A DNA stretch of 57,675 nt, filler included, from Sphacelaria rigidula (taxonomy: Eukaryota), in NCBI GenBank assembly GCA_964200075.2. It is 8 parts of 8 records of this genome, joined end to end, with 100 filler letters (N's around TTAATTAATTAA, not from the genome) between each part and the next. Parts side by side here need not be neighbours in the genome. Positions count along the whole stretch, not along the records: positions 43,334 to 50,454 come from CAXNAA020016381.1; positions 50,555 to 57,675 come from CAXNAA020016382.1; 6 more parts are not named here. One strand, 5' to 3'. Below, in pieces: positions 49,174-57,675 of this stretch. Made by a program: the position numbers and the translations under genes. Numbering within the stretch: the first letter of the stretch is position 1; every line of letters begins with the position of its first letter. Below the pieces are notes generated by a model, which did not search any database, was not told the origin of the DNA, and saw nothing but the letters and a program-made list of their open reading frames with translations.

Positions 49174-49664
49174 GTGATAAACCGCTCTGATGCGGGGGTA
49201 AGCGCCCACACACCTCAAGTGCGTGAGCAGTAGTCAGCACCTTGGTTCAGGTAAATGATAGTAGTATAGAACACGTTTTGATTATCTCTCTTCACCCTGC
49301 TTACTCACTCAGATTCAAATCAACCTCATTCAGTCACACAATAACACACGCTCAATCTCTCTCATTCAATACCACACTAACTCACTCACCGCACACATTT
49401 ATGCAAACCCCCAGAGGAAGGCACTTTGACCGTGGGCACCCAGACTCAGAACTGACTGACTGATGGGGGCGATGCCTAGTTAGTTTGTCTGCGCGTGAAG
49501 TACATTGGTCTCGCATAATCTACGTCATTAGACACTGTTCCTCTGATTGGTTACCTAATCCTCCGCAGCCGCAACATGGTTGATGCCACTTGTGCCGCAC
49601 TATATCCTGCATCAATCTTGTTCATGGCAGAGCGTGAGCATATTTAATTAGCCACCCTATTCAC
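49174..49664. mobile_element. Probable LTR of another family truncating the integrase
   Basis: Abrupt junction, TGTGATA start and TATTCACG candidate end. Confidence 0.4.
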
Positions 49665-50874
49665 GGCTCAGTCATGACTTGAAAACCTATACCGTTGGAA
49701 ACCGGAATGGGAAAATAACAACCCGGCACAAAAATGAAAGTTTCTCGAGTCATGCTCATACTTCACAAATATAAAATATAAAAAGCAGAATTTACCCAGG
49801 AAATAGTACCTCCAATATTTTATGCCCTCCAAAACCTGTATCACTCTCCCCTTCGCGGGAATATATCTCATGCAAAAATGATACAAGTAAACGGCAGTTT
49901 CCCGCTGTTGTCAACATTTGCTTCACTCTACAGCGCAGGTTGATCACTGATCTAGGCCAACAACAAAACTTCGGTCAACGATTACGGAATTTCACTGTTT
50001 CATGTGGGACCTTTCATTCTACTTATTATTTGACTGCCATTCATTTGTGCACGAGTTCGTTTATGTTCATTTATTCACAACCAACCGATCATTTTACATC
50101 TGCAGGACTACGGCATTCAAACTCCAAACCGTCTCACCGTCGATCTTGTAACAATCGTAAGTTGACAGCGCGTGGGGAGACAGCCCAACGCAGTACAGTA
50201 CACGTCGATCGTCAGGATATCCCTGCTCACAGCTTGAGGTGATTCGATTTCTTTCGTTCCTCGGTGGTGTTGATAGCCAGAGTCTCTCGAGAGGTCGTCC
50301 TGAACACCAGGGTCATCTCAGCGTTGCATCGATTCTTAGAAAGAATCGGATTCAGCCAGATGTAAGAGGCATGTTTGTATGTACTCCGTATCTTGACGGA
50401 TTACTTAACATCCTCACCCCTGACCGCAGGTACTAGCCAGTTCCTGCGATCAGCNNNNNNNNNNNNNNNNNNNNNNNNNNNNNNNNNNNNNNNNNNNNTT
50501 AATTAATTAANNNNNNNNNNNNNNNNNNNNNNNNNNNNNNNNNNNNNNNNNNNNTAAGGGGCTCCTAACAATTCTAATCTCAGAAATTATTTCTGTACCC
50601 CTACCGTAGCATCACTCGCACCGAAACCCTATACCCACATACTTAGAAGTAGCGTTGCTCACTTACTTGATAATCTGTCGCTGCGCTTCGCGTCTCCGCC
50701 TATGGCCTGCGATAGCTTTATCCAATGGCGAATCAACACGGAGGTAACCAGCATGACGCATATCAAGGTAGAGTGAAACAGTAGCTGTATCACTACTTCT
50801 GGAAGTCCGGGGGTTGCCGTCACTAGCACCTGTGAGCGGAAATTACGTGGCCGGCGGGGGGAAGGGAGAAAGAG

Positions 50875-51690
50875 AGGGAGGGGGGGGGGAGGGGAAACTC
50901 GTTTTGTTGCTTGCCTCAGTCGTTTAGCCATTAACCACGCACCCCTTTCTTGACGGAGCACCGTTCCTACTCCTAATAGAGACACCTCTAACATCTCCGG
51001 TCTCATTACGTTTCCTCCATACATTACACAACAACCTTTTACATATATATCCTTCCTGATTCGCCGTTTGTGACCACCAATAATATCCCAGTAAAGTTCT
51101 CGCTGCTGTCTAGTGCATCAATTGAGTTCATACCACCTTCGTTTACTTTCCACATTTACCCCTCCAATACGTCCCGTTCCTCCTTGCATAGTTCACAATC
51201 TTCCACTATATGGGTTCTACTCTCTATTGCATGTTCTTTACTCTATATTGTCATATCAATTTTCTCATGTCTCTGTTTGTATGAAGTGTGTAAAATCCCA
51301 ACTCTGCTCTCCATGCTGTATTACTGGTCGTTTCCGAGCATCCAAGTATTTTCTTAGCTGCTGCCACCTGTCCTGTTTCCAACCGCTTCACCAACTTCGC
51401 GTTCCCCTCCCATACTTCTCCGGCATATTCCAGCTTTGGTACGACCACATTTATCAGGATACGTATCTTAATCCTAGTATCTAGGTGCGAGTCTCGGAGG
51501 GTTACGTCCATCCTGTTTATCTGTGCTTCCTCTTTTCTATTATTAGTTCATATATGTGCGCCTCCCACGAACAGTTTTTGTTATGTATTTACGCCAAGGT
51601 GTTTATATTGATCTACGATTGGCGATTGATCTTCTCCCCACTTCGACTTGAACCCCATCGGGTTCTTCTTATCTTCGTTACAAATAAGTA
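50875..51690 (-). mobile_element. LINE 3' portion, same poly(C) family
   Basis: DSHLDTRIKIRILINVVVPKLEYAGEVWEGNAKLVKRLET...; G-rich run at 50875-50894 is the tail. Confidence 0.85.
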
Positions 51691-52311
51691 CCGTGCATTT
51701 ATTTAGATTTCATATTACTGTCATGAGCGTATTTGCCTGTTGTCATGCCGCCTCAGACCCGTTGACGGGTCTAGCTAGATTGCATGGCATTTCAGCTTAT
51801 CACAAGATTGCAGGTCTGTTCAGAGTTGGTCAGATACGAGTATGAACTCGTATATAGCGAGGGATGATAGTCGATGGGATCACCTTTCTTTGGTGATCAC
51901 AACGCTTCATCCCGACAAGGAGACTCTCACATCACCGGTGAGACTGATTGATTGAGCACTGAGGATACTTAGGAGATCAAGGAATGAAGCATTCCAGAAG
52001 AGATACCACCATATCTACGCGTGGAAGACACTTTCTACGATAGCCCCCCCCCCCAAAAGTGCATGGTTTTGGGAGGCAAAATCTTCACGTAAATCGAAAT
52101 GGGGAAAGCCGAGCACGACAAAAAGCTGGATATTCCCACGCTTGGGTTCATTCTAGGCAATGTCGCCAATAATATGAGGCGCTTCATGCAGCCTGAACCC
52201 GAATATCAGGCGCTGCATGGCCATTTTTTTCGTGACACTTTTAGCTGGTTTTTTGGGGGCCCTGTAATAGAAAGTGTCGGAACTGACTTTGATACCTCGG
52301 ATACAGAACAC

Positions 52312-53582
52312 TGTCAGCGTCGTTTGGTACGCTACATGATTGTTCTTTGCCTCTCAGCTGGTGTGTCAGGCCTCTTGTTTGGTCCTCCTGCTTTGCCAGT
52401 AAGGCGTGTTTACCATGCACCTGGCCTAACCCCATTACACTGGCGTACTGGCGCGCACTGGCGTTTGACTAGCACTGGCGTTTGACTAAGGAGTCTCTTG
52501 TTTTGACATTGCTTTTACCCTTTGGAATAGGCTGCTCTCTCTGTCGCATTTAGTGCGCGAGATCCCACCTGACACGTTTTCAATTTCCGGACTTCGTTTT
52601 GTCGCGTAGTCAATTCTACCCAGCTCGGTAGTCAGTTGGTAGCTACTGTTCAAAGCTCCCCCCCCGTGTGTTACTGTGTGTATTCTGCTTGCGACTCGCG
52701 ACTCTTGCTGGTTGGTACAGCATTTGTATGCACGCCTTGTTCCACGCTGTGTCAATTGCGACGCGAAACGCGTCAACCAATCCGTCTTGCTGTACATTTG
52801 TTTCACAAATCCGTACTTGCACAAAACGATCTACGGTCGCCCGTATAGACAGGGCCACCGCCCCTCGGTATTGCCTGTTCACGATATTTTGCATTTTTAC
52901 ACGGCCCCGTTTGTGACACACCCCTTTTCTCTCCAGGTGACTGCAAGAACTGTACACGGGACTTGTACCCGTTCTAGCATTCTTGCTGTGTCGCAAACGG
53001 CGTCAACGTTTGACTTCTTTTCTTGTTCTTCCAGTGTGCTTCGCACATCTTTTAAGCAGAGACGTACAAGCATGAACGCGATTACACTATGTGCCGTGGC
53101 ACAGCACCGACTGAGTGCAGAATTGTCTCTGCTCTTACTGGCACATCGTTTTCCGAAGACAGACAGCAGGCTGTCGTTGGTTCTACCTGTTTGACTTTGC
53201 GCCGAGGCACAGCATCGACTGAGAGTATAATTTTCTCTACTTTCGCCGGCACAGCGTTTTTCAGAGTACAGACAATAGGCTGTCCTTGGTTCTACCTGTC
53301 TGACTCTACGCCGCGGCACAGCATGGACTGAGTGTAGATTGTTTTTGGCTTTCACCGGCACATCGCCTTCTATAGTACAGACAGTAAGTAGGCCGCCCCC
53401 GTCTCTACGTTACACTTATTATCGAAACGTGTAGTGTTGCAGCTCGTACTGTGGTGTCTTGAATTACTGGTCTTGAATTACTGCATCGCATCATTGTTCC
53501 CTAATTCGAACATCCCTTCGGGCACGAGCACCCTTTCTTCTCTCAGGTGACACACTACTGCCGTGCATGTTACGTCAGGACA
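52312..53582 (+). mobile_element. Putative ~1.27-kb LTR with internal ~113-bp tandem repeats (53090-53395), followed by a PBS-like site
   Basis: TGTC...GACA termini; TGGCACCGACCAC at 53587-53599; no second LTR in the window. Confidence 0.5.
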
Positions 53583-53694
53583 CTAGTGGCACCGACCACA
53601 CCTATATTCCTTCTATCGATTAGCTACTTGCGCTTATAGATCGCGCAAAAGAGTCCTCATAACTGTTCTGATTTTTTCAGAACCGTAGGTTATT

Positions 53695-56600
53695 ATGTCG
53701 CAACTCATTAGCCCTGCTTCCTCCTCCGGTTCGGAAGGCACACGGCCCCGCCGTACAAGAAGCCAAACTATTACCCGTTCTCGCCCCATGAGCAAAGACG
53801 GCGCTTCACCTACAGCCCTACGACACAACCTAAGAGCGCTGCTCTATCTACGGGACTTGAAAACCAGCAGCCTGCGAAGTCAAGACGGCCTCACGACGTA
53901 ACATTCCGTGGCGGATCGACATCAGACGCTACTTTATCTATGGGACTTAAGACCGGTGGTCTACAAAGTCAAACGTGCCTCACGACGTACCATTCCGCAG
54001 CGGGTCCACAGCAGTTTCAGCTGCAACGCCCATGTCCCACGACGTAACATCCCGTGACGATTCGCTACCGGCTGCGGCTGCGACGCTCCTGTCCCACGAT
54101 GTGGCATCTCGTGACGATTCGATACCGGCTCGTGCTGAAGCACCTCCCTCACTGAGGAATGCTTTCATGGATGCCGTTCTGGGATCCGCGGCTGAGATGG
54201 CGCCCTCAGTTGAACCCATAGCGGTGCGTTCTCCCCTGAAGCCCAGTTCGGAGACAGTTAACCTTTCCTCGTCACAGCCGAAGCCGCACGCTCCCGCCGT
54301 TCGAAATACTGCCACGGGTGTTGCTTTTGTTGGAAGTTCCCACTCTTCACGTCCTCTGGTGGTCCAACACGCCGCACCCCTTTATCTGGATTCGGGACCA
54401 TGGTCGAGGCTATAATTTTGGCACTTCAGAACTCAACCCAGTCTTCACCTGGATCCCCTGACGATCTTGGCACAAATCTTGCCATGGCACTTGCGACGTT
54501 CTACGATGCCACGATACATACTCAAGCACCCCCCTCTTACGCGCAAATTGTCCGCGGGGCTCAAACGACAGAAATTGCCGCTCCACGTAATGACCCCCCA
54601 GTCGCCACTGCACAGTCTGTACAACCCCTGAGAAAAATCCAGGATAGAGATAATTCTCGTCTATCTTCTGCTCCCTACGGAAGCGGGGCCCATGCCTCGC
54701 ACCACCATAACTCGACGCGGCGCGGTGTGTTGGGCATGACAACGACAGTCATTCTCCCGGGAGTAGCCCAGGACACAGCCGTCAAACCTCATGCGGTTCT
54801 AGGAAGTCATCCAGCAATAGCCACACATTTGGTCGTGCTCCGTTCATTCGGCACTCGCAGCGCCGACAACACATACGTAATGACCACACCGTACATGCAG
54901 ATGACGTGAGGAATATCCTTTCTGACCTATCATCGGACCCAGCTTCCTCGATAGAGAAAGTTAGCGACAATTCTTCCTATGAGCCCCCGAGCTCAAGCTA
55001 ACCGCGATGCACCATCCCGCTCTGCTGCTGATGCCGCGACTATCCGTTTGTTACAACGACAGATTTCTGATCTGCACTGTGCCGTCGAACAGACCATGGA
55101 CTCATCCAAGACTCCACCCACCATTTCTTCGGTAACCATTGCGGCAACCACTGCTGCCCCTGTCGCGGCCACTCCTGCTCCAGCCACTCCAGTAGTCGCC
55201 CCAAGCGCTGCAGTGGCGCCTTCGGCCGCTGCGACGGCTGCCCCTGCCGCCGCCCCCGCCGCCGTCAGCGGTGACCACCTTGCTGACAGGTCCCCGGCCG
55301 CTGTGACTGCCGCCCCTGCTGGCGTCACCACGACCGTTGGCGGCGCCCCAACGACCGATAGGTCCCCGGGCAAGCCACACCCTCAGCCGCAGCTCACAGC
55401 GAAGTTTCGCCCAACGGCATACCTTGTGTGCCTCTTGGGACATAATAGAGCCACGCAGGGGGACACCATCGCTCGTTACCGAGCCGCCAGCCCGGTGCCA
55501 GCCCTACCGGCCACCACTCCGGCGACGAATCTTACGGCGACCGCCCCGGCGGCGACATCGCAGGACATGCCAAATGCCAGCACTGCTAACGAAAACGCTA
55601 TTCACCTCTTCCGGGAGAAATTTCCCACACGCCAAACTAACCTGCAATGCAACATCACCACCGCCACCGCCCCACGTTGTAGCAGCCAGTCAACGAAAAA
55701 ACTGAAGAGCTGGCGGCCCACATTAATCGGACCGCTGAGCACGCTGCGATTCCGGCGACCTTGCTGTCTGACCATCAGGCCGGGCTCGCGCAACGTCGCG
55801 CTATTTCACCTCTTCCGGGAGAAATTTCCCACAAGTCAAACTAACCTGCAATGCAACATCAACACCGGGTACCATATACCCCGTAAGTCGGAAGCCGCCA
55901 TCCCCGACGCGACGACCGCGGACGAACTCTACCTCACCCTCTCCCCTTACGAGGCCACCTGGCTCGTGCATACCGTGCGAGATTTCTCCGCCGACGTTTA
56001 GGCGAACAATTCCCTCCAAAGCTTCAAGGCCGCTTGGACTACGGTCTACCATAGGGCCTTAGCTGCCTTGGGTCTATATCTGGACCAAGGCGCGCAACTC
56101 CCGGTGGTAGACCCGCATGCTCTGACCGTCGCCCAGCTTGTGGCACATGCCCAAACGGGCCCCAATGATGGTGCCGGTGCCTACAACAGGGTCGCCCATA
56201 GCCTTTTGCAGGCCTTACGGGACGCGTTTCAGTCCGGAACCTCCGCTGACGACGACAACAACAATGACGATGACAGATGGTCTTCGGTCGCCGCAAACTA
56301 TCGGCCGCACAACCACAACGGCGACAATGATGACCGCTAGGGTGGTGGACGCGGGGGTCGCCGCGACGTTTCCGAATCCTCCGGTGGAGGACACCGAGGA
56401 TCTTATTCTCGACAAGCGGTCCGCAGCAAACGACACTCGAACTGGAAACGTTCGGGATCTGACTCGTAGGACAGCTCTTCCCGCAATCCCCGCCACGGGA
56501 ATGAGTCAACGACTTACCCGCCGTCAGTTAACTCCATCAATGTCAGGCAAGAAACACCTCGTTTAGCTGATATTTCCCGCGAGTTACTAGGTTTGTCTGA

Positions 56601-57552
56601 CACTGATAACAAAGATCGACCTTTGTCTTCGACCTCGGCCCGCACTTCAGCTGCCGCCGCGACTAGCCAAGCACAGGCTGCAGCCCGTGAGGCTGCAGCA
56701 GCTGCTAAGGCTGAGGCTTCTCGGGTAGCTGCTATCCAGAGAGAGTACATACAGATGGATGTCAAGAATCTTTGGCATATTAACACCATGTCTGCAGCGG
56801 ACAATGATGACTCGGGACAGTTTACCTCGAGCCTCATTCACTCCATCCGTCGTACTGTACAAAATATTCTGCAATTTGCGGATCGCACGGGTGTTCAGCA
56901 ATTCGAAAATCCCGTTTGGGTCGATGGTTGGCAGACGCCGCTACATAAGGCCTTACACCGCGCCGTCTCTCATCGCTCACGTCACCTCGCCTCTTCATTG
57001 ACGCGGATCATCGACGGGTCCGCCGTAGCGATGGATTAGGACCGTGCCCTGGAGCGATCTAGCCGAACAATACAAGGTGATCTGGAGCGGCGTCTGATTG
57101 GCTACTTTGATCGAATTACGCAGGGTAGCTCCACCCATCGTCTAAGTTCGTTTCGTGTAGCCACGGACGTTCCTTTTTCCGACTACCTTCGTGACTTCAA
57201 GTTGTTGGTTTCCAGCACTTTGGGAACTGGACGCCAGAGTGGGCCTTCGGATTCTATGTGTCAGTCTTATGTCCGTACGAGTGTGTCTGAGCAGTTCCCG
57301 GCATTAATGCCGTCGTTGTTTCTGGGTGCCCTAGCACACCGCGAGGTGCCTTACACCTCCGTAGACGCAATGTGGACAGTTTTTATCCATCACGAAAGCA
57401 ATCTCCCTCGCGCATTCGGGGTGGCAAGTATTTGTCTCCGTGTTCACAGCCTGCCACTATCTCCTCCGCGAATACCTACGGGTCTCGCGAATGGAATTCG
57501 AGTTCATCTCGTGCTACATGGACCGCCGCCTCTGTCGCCGGTTCCGAAATGA
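53695..57552 (+). pseudogene. Very long degenerate gag-like ORF of an LTR retrotransposon
   Basis: ORFs 53695, 54400, 54979, 56068, 56593 and 57202 share one frame separated by stops; the C-terminal part (LIGYFDR...VPFSDYLRDFK...SVSEQFPALMPSLF...PYTSVDAMW) resembles Gypsy capsid from recall. Confidence 0.6.
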
Positions 57553-57675
57553 GTGTTAGAAGCAACAAAGAAACAACAAAGAAACAACAAATTGTTCGAA
57601 TTGAGGTTTAACTCCGAGATGAGGTTCAAGCTTAAAACACTGCTTTCCCCACACCTTCAGCGATGGTGCCCAATG

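Noticed and set aside
57664-57675. tRNA-Lys-type PBS (TGGTGCCCAATG)
   Set aside because: Only 12 nt at the window edge, with no LTR end supported before it

Overview
Eukaryotic, repeat-rich genomic DNA, most likely from a brown alga (Phaeophyceae; inferred from the LINE, SINE and Gypsy families and the short-exon gene style). The window is not one locus. It is eight unlinked scaffolds of 7123, 7123, 7122, 7122, 7122, 7121, 7121 and 7121 bp in descending size, joined by identical 100-nt N/TTAATTAATTAA/N spacers, so nothing can be linked across a spacer. Host gene fragments: the 3' exons of a probable VTT/TVP38 (SNARE-associated) membrane protein, a convergent last exon ending in a shugoshin SGO motif, a multi-exon protein with three IQ motifs, two ankyrin-repeat exons, and some orphan exons and pseudogenes. 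The rest is mostly transposons: hAT-, piggyBac- and TA-TSD-type MITEs and foldbacks, two tRNA-headed SINE families, a LINE family, a Copia RT scrap and two Gypsy families. The most unusual signals are (1) a LINE family whose copies end in poly(C) about 5 nt after the stop codon, with one copy inserted at a G-run of another, and (2) a Gypsy element that lacks the RT core and most of RNase H through frame-preserving deletions while keeping Gag, protease and integrase.
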